DNA of 64,000 nt from Acidobacteriota bacterium (GTDB lineage Bacteria; Acidobacteriota; Thermoanaerobaculia; Gp7-AA8): assembly GCA_019244185.1 (NCBI GenBank), contig JAFATB010000006.1, forward strand, positions 224,001-288,000, given 5' to 3'. Of the stretch, positions 48,159-59,938 are shown piece after piece. Each line of letters begins with the position of its first letter. The stretch's first letter is position 1. The notes beneath the pieces were generated by a model that was given only the letters and a program-made list of their open reading frames with translations, was not told where the DNA came from and did no database searches. Both the position numbers and the translations under genes were made by a program.

Positions 48159-48797
48159 ATGCAGGTTGCGGTCGTCGGTTCCGGACGGATGGGCATGGCC
48201 ATGGGTCTCGCGTTGTCGCGCATCGGCGACGACGTGCGTTTCACCTCGCGCGACCCGGCGCGCGTGGCCGCGGCGCTCCGCGCGCGCGGCGCCGACCTCC
48301 CCGCCGGACCGCAACGCGACGCGTGCGACGCGGAGCTGATCGTGCTCGCGACCGGTTGGGCGGAGACGCGCGCGGCGCTCGAGGCCGCGTCGCCGCGCGA
48401 CGGCACGATCGTGCTGACGTGCGTCAATCCGGAGCCGGAGGACCTGCCGCTCGCGGGCGCGCGCGTCACGTCGGCAGCCGAGGAGATCGCGCGGTGGGCG
48501 CCGCGTACGAGAGTCGTGGAAGCGTTCAACATGGTCTACGCGGAAGCGGTGGATCTCGCGCCGCACGGTGCGCCCGCGCAGACGGTGCTCTACTGCGGCG
48601 ACGATGCCGACGCGCGCGCTGCCGTCGCCGACCGCATCCGCCGCCTCGGCTTCGACGCGCTCGACGCCGGCCCGCTGACGAACGCGCGCGAGCTCGAGGC
48701 AACCTCGCGGCTGCTCGTCTACCTCGTGCGCGTCGCCGGCTACGGGCCGCTCGGCATTCATCCGCGCTGGATCAGGCTAAGCTCACCGCATGACTAA
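48159..48797 (+). CDS. NAD(P)-binding oxidoreductase, NADPH-dependent F420 reductase-like family
   Basis: MQVAVVGSGRMG Rossmann motif, CVNP, SAAEEIA...VVEAFN, CGDDADA and DAGPL.NARELE motifs. Confidence 0.88.
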   Translation: MQVAVVGSGRMGMAMGLALSRIGDDVRFTSRDPARVAAALRARGADLPAGPQRDACDAELIVLATGWAETRAALEAASPRDGTIVLTCVNPEPEDLPLAGARVTSAAEEIARWAPRTRVVEAFNMVYAEAVDLAPHGAPAQTVLYCGDDADARAAVADRIRRLGFDALDAGPLTNARELEATSRLLVYLVRVAGYGPLGIHPRWIRLSSPHD

Positions 48798-50022
48798 GCG
48801 TTTCCTCGCATCGCTCGCGTTCGCGTTCCTCGCGTTGCAGATCGCCGCGGCGGACGCGGTCAAACCGCAAACGCTGCCGCCGTGGACGCGCGGAACGTTG
48901 GATATCCATCAAATCAGCACCGGCCGCGGGAACTCCGCGTTTCTCGTCCTGCCGGACGGCACGACGCTGCTGATCGACGCGGGCGCGGCGGGCGACGGCA
49001 CGACGGTGCCGGACAGCGAGCCGCGTCCCGCCGCCGCGCATTCGGCCGGCGCCGCGATCGTCGCCTACATCCACCGCCTCCTCGGCGACGACGCGCACAT
49101 CGACTATGCCGTGCTCACGCACTACCACGCCGATCACATGGGACAGGTCACGGCGTCGAGCGCGACGTCCGCGAGCGGCGCGTATCGCCTCAGCGGAATC
49201 ACGGAAGTGGGCGACCGGCTGCGGATCGGAACTCTCATCGATCGCGGCGACGCGTTTCTTCCGCCGTCTGCGGACGACGCGACCTTCGCGAATTACCACG
49301 CGTTCCTCAGCGAGCAGACGCGGACGCACGCGCTGCACCGCGAGACGCTGCGCGTCGGACGCGCCGATCAGATCGTGCTGCGCCGCGCGGCGTCGGAGTT
49401 CCCGACGTTCGAGGTGCGCAACGTCGCCGCGAACGGCGACGTCTGGACCGGCACGCGCGACGAGGTGCGCCACATCTTTCCGGCGCTCGATTCGTTGTCC
49501 GCCGAAGACCGGCCATCCGAGAACATGTGCAGCATCGGCCTGCGCATCCGCTACGGACGTTTCGACTGGTTCAGCGGCGGCGACATGCCGGGCGTTCCCG
49601 ACGCGGGCGCGCCGGCCTGGCAGTCGGTCGAGAGCGCGGTCGCGAAAGCGATCGGCCCGACGGACGTGCACGTCGTCAACCACCACGGCTCGATCGATCC
49701 GGAGAGCGCGGAGTTCCTGCAGACGCTGCGCTCGCGCGTCATGATCCTGCCCGCGTGGTCGGCCACGCATCCGTCGCAGGACGTGCTCAAGCGGATGCTC
49801 AGCACGCGCCTCTATCCCGCGCCGCACGACGTCTTCGTCACCACGCTGCGCGCGCCGACCGCGGCCAGCATCGGCAGCCGCGTCTCGCAGCTGAAGGCGC
49901 AGCACGGCCACATCGTCGTGCGCGTGGCGCCGGGCGGCGCGACGTACAGCGTGTACGTGCTCGACGACATCGACGACGACGGCGCGGTGGTGGCGACGTT
50001 CGGACCGTACACGTCGGAGTAG
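48790..50022 (+). CDS. Secreted metallo-beta-lactamase-fold hydrolase (ComEC/Rec2-like)
   Basis: Signal peptide; LDIHQISTGRGNS, LLIDAG, THYHADHMG, GGD and NHHG motifs; start overlaps the upstream stop. Confidence 0.88.
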   Translation: MTKRFLASLAFAFLALQIAAADAVKPQTLPPWTRGTLDIHQISTGRGNSAFLVLPDGTTLLIDAGAAGDGTTVPDSEPRPAAAHSAGAAIVAYIHRLLGDDAHIDYAVLTHYHADHMGQVTASSATSASGAYRLSGITEVGDRLRIGTLIDRGDAFLPPSADDATFANYHAFLSEQTRTHALHRETLRVGRADQIVLRRAASEFPTFEVRNVAANGDVWTGTRDEVRHIFPALDSLSAEDRPSENMCSIGLRIRYGRFDWFSGGDMPGVPDAGAPAWQSVESAVAKAIGPTDVHVVNHHGSIDPESAEFLQTLRSRVMILPAWSATHPSQDVLKRMLSTRLYPAPHDVFVTTLRAPTAASIGSRVSQLKAQHGHIVVRVAPGGATYSVYVLDDIDDDGAVVATFGPYTSE

Positions 50023-50586
50023 CTACCGCAGCGACAGCGTGCAATCCCAGCGGCGCCCGCCGTCGTCGCAGTGCAGCGTCGCGTCGAACGGCGCGAGCGA
50101 GGTGATCTCGAGCCCGTCCCACGGCACCTCGCCGCGCGCGGCGATCACGCGGCGCGTCGGTCCCGCGGCCTCTTTCACGACGTGCGCGAAGCCGCGGCCG
50201 GTGAAGCAGCTCTGCAGCACGATCGTGGCGTCGGGCGCGAGCGCGTCGAAGAACGCCGCGAGCCGCGCGCGCGCCGTTGCGTCGAGCGTGCGGACGTCGC
50301 GCGAGGCGAGATGCATCGAGAACGGATCGCCGTGTGCCGAGATCACGAGCAGCTTCGCATCGCGGACGTCGATGGCGAAGAGCTCGTCCGCCGTCGCGAC
50401 CTGCTCGTGACGCTCGACATGGAACGCACGCGCGACGCGCGCGAGCAGCTCGCGCTGGTGCGACGTGTAGAAGACGCGGCGAAACAGAGACCGCTCGCGC
50501 GGATAGACGAAGACCGCGCGAGCGCGCGGCGAGTGCGCGGACGGCGCGTACAGCAAGGCGACGGCGAGGAGAAGTCGCGCGAGCAT
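50023..50586 (-). CDS. Secreted hypothetical protein with clan-CD (caspase/hemoglobinase-fold) His-Cys pattern
   Basis: Likely start ATG 50586 (MLARLLLAVALLYAPSAHS); LLVISAHGDP and IVLQSCFTG motifs. Confidence 0.65.
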   Translation of the reverse strand: MLARLLLAVALLYAPSAHSPRARAVFVYPRERSLFRRVFYTSHQRELLARVARAFHVERHEQVATADELFAIDVRDAKLLVISAHGDPFSMHLASRDVRTLDATARARLAAFFDALAPDATIVLQSCFTGRGFAHVVKEAAGPTRRVIAARGEVPWDGLEITSLAPFDATLHCDDGGRRWDCTLSLR

Positions 50587-50694
50587 GGGAACCGGTTTTG
50601 GACCGCGCCGATTGTAGCGCTCTCGACCGCAACGTCGCCGCCTCGCGCGCGTCGTTGGTACCACCACCACCCGCACTTGCGGTAGATTGCTCGG

Positions 50695-51318
50695 GTGACG
50701 CTCCCCGATTTCGACAGCACGCAGACCTCGCGCGTCCGGCTCCTCACCGCCGGCCGCACGCTGTTCGCGCGCAACGGCTACGAGCAGACCTCCACCGCCG
50801 CGATCGCGCGCGCGTCGGGCAGTTCCGAGTCGCAGCTGATCCGCTATTTCGGCGGAAAGGCGGGGCTTCTCGAGGCGATCTTCAACGACGCGTGGACCGC
50901 GCTCAACGACGCCGTCGCGCACCAGCTCGACGACGCCGCGCATGGCCGCGAAGTCATCCTGCGCCTCCTCGGCACGATGATCCAGGCGCTCAGCCGCGAC
51001 CACGACATCGCCTTCCTCTTCCTCTTCGAAGGGCGGCGCATGCGCGGCGGCTCGCAGGAAGTGCAGCTCTCCGACGGCTTCCAGAAGTTCATGCAGTTCG
51101 TCGGCAAGGCCATCGACCGCGGGCAGGAGGACGGCTCGTTCCGCACCGACATCGCTCCGCAAGTCCTTTGTTCCGCCATGTTGGGATGTGCGGAAGGAAT
51201 GATCCGCGACCGCATCATGTCCGAGCGCGCGAACCATCCGCATACGCTCGACGACGAGGCGATCCTGAAGACGTTCACGGCCATGGTGAACGGGCTCGCG
51301 CCCGCGGGCAGCGCGTAG
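50695..51318 (+). CDS. TetR/AcrR-family transcriptional regulator
   Basis: LFARNGYEQTSTAAIARASGSSESQLIRYFGGKAGL HTH; C-terminal GQEDGSFRTD. Confidence 0.93.
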   Translation: MTLPDFDSTQTSRVRLLTAGRTLFARNGYEQTSTAAIARASGSSESQLIRYFGGKAGLLEAIFNDAWTALNDAVAHQLDDAAHGREVILRLLGTMIQALSRDHDIAFLFLFEGRRMRGGSQEVQLSDGFQKFMQFVGKAIDRGQEDGSFRTDIAPQVLCSAMLGCAEGMIRDRIMSERANHPHTLDDEAILKTFTAMVNGLAPAGSA

Positions 51319-51328
51319 TCGCCGACGG

Positions 51329-53797
<2,469 letters not shown>

Positions 53798-53820
53798 TGC
53801 GAACCTGCAACATTGTAATC

Positions 53821-55062
53821 ATGCAATCTTCACGCGCCGTTCCGTCGGCGCGCAACGTGATCGCGCTGGCGCTGTTCGCGCTCGCGCTGCACGCGGTCTA
53901 CTTCGTCGAAAGCAACCGCGACTTCTTCTATCCCGACTCCGCGACGTACCTCGCGCCCGCGAACGGCCTGCTGCACGGCCGCGGCTTCACCACCGACGGC
54001 CAGGCGGAGACGATGCGGACGCCTGGATATCCATGCATGCTCGTTCCGTTCCTGGCGCTGCACCTCGGCGCCGGCGCGATCGTCGCGTTCCAGCATCTGC
54101 TCGTCGTCCTGCTCGCGCTCGCGGTGTACGTCTTCGCCTTCCGCCGCATCGGCGCGCGGGCGTTGCTCGCGGCGCTCTTCGTCGCCTGCGACGTCCCGAC
54201 GATCCATCACGCGAACAAGGTGCTGACCGAGGTGCCGTTCACCGTCCTGCTGTTCATCGCGTTCGTGCTGCTCGTCGAACGCCGCGCGTGGAAGACGTGC
54301 GCACTGCTCTGCGGCGTGCTCGTGCTCGTGCGGCCGGTGGCGATCGCGTACGTGGTCGTCATCGCGATCGTCGCCGCCGTCGCGCGCGTGCCGCGCCGCA
54401 AGCTCGCCGCGATCGTCGCGCTCGCGCTCGTCCTCCCGCTCGCGTGGGCCGCGCGCAACGCGGCGCACACCGGCGTCTTCACGGTCGCATCCATCGCCGG
54501 CACGAACATGCTCATGTACCGCGCGGCCGGCGCGCTGGCGATCTTCGACGACGACGAATTCGACGATGCGCTGCGCGACCGGCAGGAGGAGCTCGAGGAG
54601 CTCGCGCAGAACGAGATCGAGGCGAAGTTCCACGCCGATCCCGGCGACCTGCCGCACGCGGTGATGGCGCGCGAGTACTCGCGCATCGGACGCCGCATCG
54701 TGCTGCAGCATCCGCTCGGCTTCGCACTGTCGACGCTGCGCGGCGCCGAGGTCGTGCTGTTCGACAGCGATCACGACGCGATCATGACCGTGAGCGCGGT
54801 CCCATCGACGATCCTCAATCCGCTGCTCGACGCGTTGACGATCGCGCTGCTGGTCTTCGCAGTCATCGGCACGTGCGCGCTGTGGAACCGCGACCGCGCG
54901 CTGGCGCTGCCGCTCGTGCTGACGATCGTCTACTTCGTCGCGATCTCCGCGGGCGCGGAGGCGGAAGCGCGCTTCCGCGTGCCGGTCGTGCCGCAGTTCG
55001 CGATCGCCGCGGCCGCGGGACTCGCCGCGGTGCGGCGCGCGATGAGGTCGACGGCGTCCTGA
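53821..55062 (+). CDS. Multi-TM GT-C-fold glycosyltransferase (ArnT/PMT-like)
   Basis: PDSATY..A..L..G.GF, RTPGYP, LTE, LVRP, WAARN and RFRVP motifs; many TM helices. Confidence 0.75.
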   Translation: MQSSRAVPSARNVIALALFALALHAVYFVESNRDFFYPDSATYLAPANGLLHGRGFTTDGQAETMRTPGYPCMLVPFLALHLGAGAIVAFQHLLVVLLALAVYVFAFRRIGARALLAALFVACDVPTIHHANKVLTEVPFTVLLFIAFVLLVERRAWKTCALLCGVLVLVRPVAIAYVVVIAIVAAVARVPRRKLAAIVALALVLPLAWAARNAAHTGVFTVASIAGTNMLMYRAAGALAIFDDDEFDDALRDRQEELEELAQNEIEAKFHADPGDLPHAVMAREYSRIGRRIVLQHPLGFALSTLRGAEVVLFDSDHDAIMTVSAVPSTILNPLLDALTIALLVFAVIGTCALWNRDRALALPLVLTIVYFVAISAGAEAEARFRVPVVPQFAIAAAAGLAAVRRAMRSTAS

Positions 55063-55079
55063 TCTATCATCCGCGACCG

Positions 55080-56564
55080 ATGCCGTCGCAGATTTCGATC
55101 CGTCGTTGCGCGATCTCGGCCGGCGTCGCTCTGCTGATCCTGCTCATCCCCACGTCGCCCGACTTCACCGCGAACGTGCGCTTCACCGCGGCGACGGGCC
55201 TCTTCATGGCGCTGCTGTGGCTCACGGAAGCTGTTCCGATGGGACTCGCGGCACTCGTGCCGCTGGTCGCGTTTCCGCTCGCCGGCATCACGAGCACCGA
55301 GAAAATCGCGGCGCCGTACGCGAACTCCGCGGTGTTCCTGTTCATGGGCGGCTTCCTCGTCTCCGCGACGTTCGAACGCTGGGGACTGCACCGCCGCATG
55401 GCGTACTTTGCGCTGCGCCGCGTCGGCACCGAGCCGCGCCGCATCGTGTTCGCGGTGATCCTCGTGACGGCGTTCCTGTCGATGTGGATCTCGAACACCG
55501 CGACGACACTGATGATGACTCCCATCGCCGTCGCCATCGTCGGGGGCCTCGGCGCCACCGCGGCCGCGTCCGCGCTGCCCAACTCCTCCGCGCTCCGCAC
55601 CGCCGAAGCCACGCTCCTCGGCGTCGCCTACGCCGCCTCCCTCGGCGGCATCGGCACTCCCATCGGCACGCCGACGAATCTCGTGTTCCTCGGCGCCGCA
55701 CGCGAGCTCTTTCCGCACGCGCACACGGTGTCGTTCGCGGAGTGGATGGCCTTCGGCGTCGCGTACCTCATCCTGGCCGTACCGCTCTGCTGGCTGATCG
55801 TCGTCGTCACCGCGCGCGTTCCCAAAGGCGCCGCCGTGCCGCTCGAACAACTCGGCCTCACGAAGCCAGGCCCGATGTCGCGCGCCGAGAAAGTCGCGAT
55901 CGCGCTCTGCACCGCCACCGCGTTCCTCTGGATCTTCCGCGCCGACATCGTCCTCGGCTCGACGACCATCCCCGGCTGGTCGCGCGTCTTCCCTTCCGGA
56001 AAGCTGATCAACGACGCAACCGTCGCCATCGCGATGGCGATCCTCGCGTTCCTCATCCCGGTCTCGAAATCCGAGCGCCTCCTCGATTGGGAGGAGTTCA
56101 AGAAGATGCCGTGGGATGTGCTGATTCTCTTCGGCGGCGGCTTCGCCCTCGCCGACGCACTCGAGTCGAGCGGCTTCTCGAAATGGGCCGGCGCCCGCCT
56201 GTCCTTCGTCGGCAACTGGCCGCCGGTCCTGATGATCATCACGATCTGCATCGTGGTGACGCTGCTCTCCGAAGTCGCGTCGAACGTTGCCACCGCCACC
56301 GCGATGATGCCGATCGCCGCCGCCCTCGCGACGTCGATCCACGTGCACCCGTACTTTCTGATGATCCCCGCCGTGCTCGCCGCATCGTCCGGCTTCATGC
56401 TGCCCGTCGCCACCGCACCGAACACGATCGTCTACGGCACCGGCTTCATCCGCGTGAAGGCGATGGCCCGCAGCGGCCTCCTGCTCGATCTCGTCGCGAC
56501 AGCGATCATCACGCTGCTGATCTTCACGGTCATCCCGTGGGCGACAGGGATCGCGATGAGATGA
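55080..56564 (+). CDS. SLC13/DASS sodium:dicarboxylate or sulfate symporter
   Basis: Start ATG 55080; WLTEAVP, FLFMGGF, LSMWISNTAT, GTPIGTPTN, LFGGGFAL, SNVAT and FMLPVATAPN motifs. Confidence 0.95.
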   Translation: MPSQISIRRCAISAGVALLILLIPTSPDFTANVRFTAATGLFMALLWLTEAVPMGLAALVPLVAFPLAGITSTEKIAAPYANSAVFLFMGGFLVSATFERWGLHRRMAYFALRRVGTEPRRIVFAVILVTAFLSMWISNTATTLMMTPIAVAIVGGLGATAAASALPNSSALRTAEATLLGVAYAASLGGIGTPIGTPTNLVFLGAARELFPHAHTVSFAEWMAFGVAYLILAVPLCWLIVVVTARVPKGAAVPLEQLGLTKPGPMSRAEKVAIALCTATAFLWIFRADIVLGSTTIPGWSRVFPSGKLINDATVAIAMAILAFLIPVSKSERLLDWEEFKKMPWDVLILFGGGFALADALESSGFSKWAGARLSFVGNWPPVLMIITICIVVTLLSEVASNVATATAMMPIAAALATSIHVHPYFLMIPAVLAASSGFMLPVATAPNTIVYGTGFIRVKAMARSGLLLDLVATAIITLLIFTVIPWATGIAMR

Positions 56565-56568
56565 CGAC

Positions 56569-56743
56569 CGGGGAACGACGAGAGGCCTCCGGCGGGCCGG
56601 CGCGGCCGGCGGCGCTAAGGGCTTAGCCAGTACGCACGTGCGGCTGCAGTCAACGTCGTTAACCGCGACCGCACATGCGTCTAGGCTAGGCCCTTAGCGC
56701 TGCCGGCCGCGCCGGCCCGCCGGAGGCCTCTCGTCGTTCCCCG
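56569..56743. repeat. 175-bp fold-back (inverted repeat) element, REP/REPIN/MITE-like
   Basis: 87-bp arms around a central T (56656); outer 42 bp perfectly complementary; 10 mismatches in total by hand alignment. It fills the gap between two convergent stop codons. Confidence 0.9.
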
Positions 56744-59386
56744 TCAGTGCCTCACCGCGCGTTGTCGCGCGGGCGGCGCGACGTCGCCGGATTGGTCGTG
56801 GGAGACGGTCACGGTGGCGGTGGACATCGACGTGTTCCCGGACGAATCGGTGGCTTCGACGACGATCGTGTAGATGCGATCGGGGCCGTCGCCGCGGCGT
56901 TCGGCGCGGAGGTTCACGGTGAGCGGGCCGGTGATCTGCCAGTCGGCGTCCGCGTCGGGATCGCTCACGAGCACGTCCACGATGTGCGCGGTCGGGGAAG
57001 AGTCGACCGTGTCGCTCATCGTGACGCTGACGGTCACCGCGACCAGCTGATGATTGGGCGGCCAGAGCACGCCGGGAGACGCGTGCACGTCCGCGATGGC
57101 GGGCGGCGTGGAGTCGACGACGTTCACGGTGAAGCTGCCGCTCGCGGTGATGCCATGCGAGTTCGTCGCGGAGCAGACGACGGAGATGGCGCCGAAGGGG
57201 AACATCGCGCCGGACGCGGGAGTGCAGGAGATGGGGATGACGCCATCGACGTCGTCGTGTGCGCTGGCGGTGTACGTCACGTGTGCGCCGGCGTTGCTTT
57301 CCGCTTCCACGGTCATGTTCGCGGGGAGTGTGAGCACGGGCGCGGGACCTTCGAGTTGCGTCACGCGGACGTAGAACGTGCCGGTGGCGCTCTTGCCGTG
57401 CGCGTTCGTCGCGGAGCAGGAGACCGGCGTCATGCCGATCGGGAAGAGCGAGCCGGATGGCGGCGTGCAGGTAACCGGGAGTGTGCCGTCGATCTCGTCG
57501 TGCGCGGTGGCGGTGAACGACACGTGTGCGCCTTCGCTCGATTCGGCGGCGGTGGTGATCGTCGCGGGGAGCTCGAGCACGGGCGCATGTACGCCGACGA
57601 AGACGTGGAACGTGCCGGTGGTCGTGTGGCCGAGGGAGTTGGTGGCGGAGCAGGAGACCGTCGTCGCGCCGGCGGGGAAGAGCGAGCCGGACGCCGGCGT
57701 GCAGGTGACGGCGACGTCGCCGTCGAGATCGTCGTGTGCGGTGGCGGTGAACGTCACGTGCGCGCCGTCGCCGTTCTCGGCGTCGACGCTGATGTCGTCG
57801 GGCAATGTGAGCACGGGGCGATCGGTGCGCGGCGTGACGGTGACGTGGAACGTGCCGGTGGTGGCCTTGTTGTGATTGTTGACCGCGGTGCAGGTGACGA
57901 GCGTCGTGCCGAGGGCGAAGAGCGAGCCGGACGAGGGCGAGCAGACGACGGGGACGGAGCCGTCGTGTTCATCGTGCGCGGTGGCGGTGAACGTCACGTG
58001 CGCGCCGTCGTCGTTCTCCGCTTCGACGGTGATGTCGTCGGGAAGCGTGAGCACCGGCGCGGGACCGCTCGACGCGACCACGGTGACGTGGAACGTGCCG
58101 GACGTGGAGATGTTGTGCGAGTTCGTCGCGGAGCAGGTGACGGTGGTCGTGCCGAGCGGGAAAAGCGAGTCGGACGGCGGCGTGCAGGTCACCGGCAGCT
58201 CGCCGTCGGCGTCGTCGTACGCGCTCGCGCTGAACGGCACGTACGCGCCGTCGTCGCTCTGCGCCTCGACGGTGATGTCCCACGGCAGCGCGAGGTGCGG
58301 ATGCGCGATCGTGCGCGGCGTGACGATGACGCGGAACGCGCCCGTGGTCGTGCGCTCCTGATCGTCGGTGGCGTGGCACTGCACGATCGTCGTGCCGGTC
58401 TGGAACCACGATGCGGACGGCGGCGTGCAGAAGACGAGCAGCGAGCGCTCGGCGTAGTCGATCGCGGTGGGCATGAACGTCACGAACGCGCTGCCGTCGG
58501 GCTCCGTGGCGCGCACTTCGATGTCGTCGGGCAACGAGAGTCGCGGACGCGTGTCGTCGAACACCGTGACGAGGAACGAGCCCTGCGCGGCGTTCGCGTG
58601 CGCGTCGCCGACGGAGCAGTAGACGCGCGTCGAGCCGATCGGGAAAAGCGCGCCCGAAGCGACCGAACACGAGACCATGAGCGGACCGTCGACGATGTCG
58701 ACGGCGGTGGCCGAGTACGTGACGTGCGTGCCGCTCTGCGATTCGGCCTGCACGGCGATGTCGTTCGGGATCGAAAGCGCGGGCGGCGTGTGATCGGTGA
58801 TCACGACCGGGAACTCGCCGGCCGACGCGCCGTTCTCGTCCGCGGCGTTGCAGCGCACGGTGGTGGTGCCGACGGGGAACTTCCCGCCCGACAGCGGCGT
58901 GCACGTCACGTCCGCCGCATCGCCGTTGGCGCTCGTGGCGCTCACCGCGTACGTCGCGATCGCGCCGTCGCGGTCCGTCGCTTCGACCTTGATCTCGTGC
59001 GGCAGGAAGAGGAACGGCCCCGCGCTGTGCGTGATCTCGAAATCGGCCGGCGCGGAGTCGCGTCCTTCCTCGCCGTCCGCCGGCAGGTTGTGCACCACCA
59101 CCGCGTAATGCCCGACCGTGCGCAGCACCTCGGGCGGCAGCCAGAAATCGAGCGCCGTCGACGACGCCGTATTTGGTTTGATATCCCACGATCCGATGGC
59201 GCCGGAGATCGTCACCGACGTGTTCGGCGAGCCGAGGAAGTCGCGGCCGGAGACGTGGAGAAACGCCTCCGCCATGCCGACGGTCATCTTCGCCGGCGAC
59301 AGCTCATCGATGTGCGGTGCGGGACGTTCGGCGAAAGCACGCGCGGCGGCGAGGAACGCGACGAGGCAAATCGCAATGCGGCGCAT
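56744..59386 (-). CDS. Secreted HYR-repeat protein (IPT/TIG-like domain + 8 HYR + LWPPNH Ig-like domain)
   Basis: Signal peptide; eight repeats of PxLxLPxDIxVxA...VTCTPPSGSLFPxGxTxVxCxA; LWPPNH domain; C-terminal PPARQRAVRH. Confidence 0.93.
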   Translation of the reverse strand: MRRIAICLVAFLAAARAFAERPAPHIDELSPAKMTVGMAEAFLHVSGRDFLGSPNTSVTISGAIGSWDIKPNTASSTALDFWLPPEVLRTVGHYAVVVHNLPADGEEGRDSAPADFEITHSAGPFLFLPHEIKVEATDRDGAIATYAVSATSANGDAADVTCTPLSGGKFPVGTTTVRCNAADENGASAGEFPVVITDHTPPALSIPNDIAVQAESQSGTHVTYSATAVDIVDGPLMVSCSVASGALFPIGSTRVYCSVGDAHANAAQGSFLVTVFDDTRPRLSLPDDIEVRATEPDGSAFVTFMPTAIDYAERSLLVFCTPPSASWFQTGTTIVQCHATDDQERTTTGAFRVIVTPRTIAHPHLALPWDITVEAQSDDGAYVPFSASAYDDADGELPVTCTPPSDSLFPLGTTTVTCSATNSHNISTSGTFHVTVVASSGPAPVLTLPDDITVEAENDDGAHVTFTATAHDEHDGSVPVVCSPSSGSLFALGTTLVTCTAVNNHNKATTGTFHVTVTPRTDRPVLTLPDDISVDAENGDGAHVTFTATAHDDLDGDVAVTCTPASGSLFPAGATTVSCSATNSLGHTTTGTFHVFVGVHAPVLELPATITTAAESSEGAHVSFTATAHDEIDGTLPVTCTPPSGSLFPIGMTPVSCSATNAHGKSATGTFYVRVTQLEGPAPVLTLPANMTVEAESNAGAHVTYTASAHDDVDGVIPISCTPASGAMFPFGAISVVCSATNSHGITASGSFTVNVVDSTPPAIADVHASPGVLWPPNHQLVAVTVSVTMSDTVDSSPTAHIVDVLVSDPDADADWQITGPLTVNLRAERRGDGPDRIYTIVVEATDSSGNTSMSTATVTVSHDQSGDVAPPARQRAVRH

Positions 59387-59477
59387 GGATGCGAAGCGCT
59401 TTCACAACGCGTACCCGGCCTCCCGAAAGGCGGCTTTCCGGCCGTATGTCGATGTGGCTTCGTGCGAGAATCGGGCG

Positions 59478-59888
59478 ATGCGGAATCCGGCTGCCGTGCT
59501 CGCTCTCGCCGCCCTCTCCTGTACTGCCACGACGACGCCGCAACCATCGCCCGCAACCGCGGTTCCGGCGGAAACGACTCCTGTCGCGACGACGACGACC
59601 ACGTCCACCACGACGACGCCCGCGCCGTCGGCACCCGAGGTCGATCACGAGGGCGACTCACCGCAGTCGGCGGTGGCGGTGCCGAAGGATGCGCCGGACG
59701 GCGGCGTCAGGTTCGAGAACGAATGGATTTACGGGCGTTTCGGGCGCTTCCGGCGGCACGGCGGCGGGACGGGCGTGCTCGAGAATCGCCGCTACGACAT
59801 CGTCGACGTCGAGCTGGCGGACGGCACGCGGCACAAGGTCTACTTCGACATCACGGAAAACTGGAACGCCTGGCAGCCGCCGCAATGA
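59478..59888 (+). CDS. Putative lipoprotein with Thr/Pro-rich linker
   Basis: Likely start ATG 59478, MRNPAAVLALAALSC (lipobox-like); T/P-rich linker; compact C-terminal domain ending YDIVDV...KVYFDIT. Confidence 0.75.
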   Translation: MRNPAAVLALAALSCTATTTPQPSPATAVPAETTPVATTTTTSTTTTPAPSAPEVDHEGDSPQSAVAVPKDAPDGGVRFENEWIYGRFGRFRRHGGGTGVLENRRYDIVDVELADGTRHKVYFDITENWNAWQPPQ

Positions 59889-59916
59889 AAAACGCCGGCC
59901 TCGCGGCCGGCGTTTT
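59889..59916. terminator. Bidirectional rho-independent terminator
   Basis: AAAACGCCGGCC-TCGC-GGCCGGCGTTTT between convergent genes. Confidence 0.88.
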
Positions 59917-59938
59917 CCTGTCCACAACTCCGGGGGAA

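Noticed and set aside
57100-59030. Direct nucleotide repeats suggesting a CRISPR array or DGR template/variable repeat pair
   Set aside because: They are ~250-bp in-frame HYR domain repeats. There is no repeat-spacer structure, no evident adenine-specific mismatch pattern, and no cas or reverse transcriptase gene in the window.
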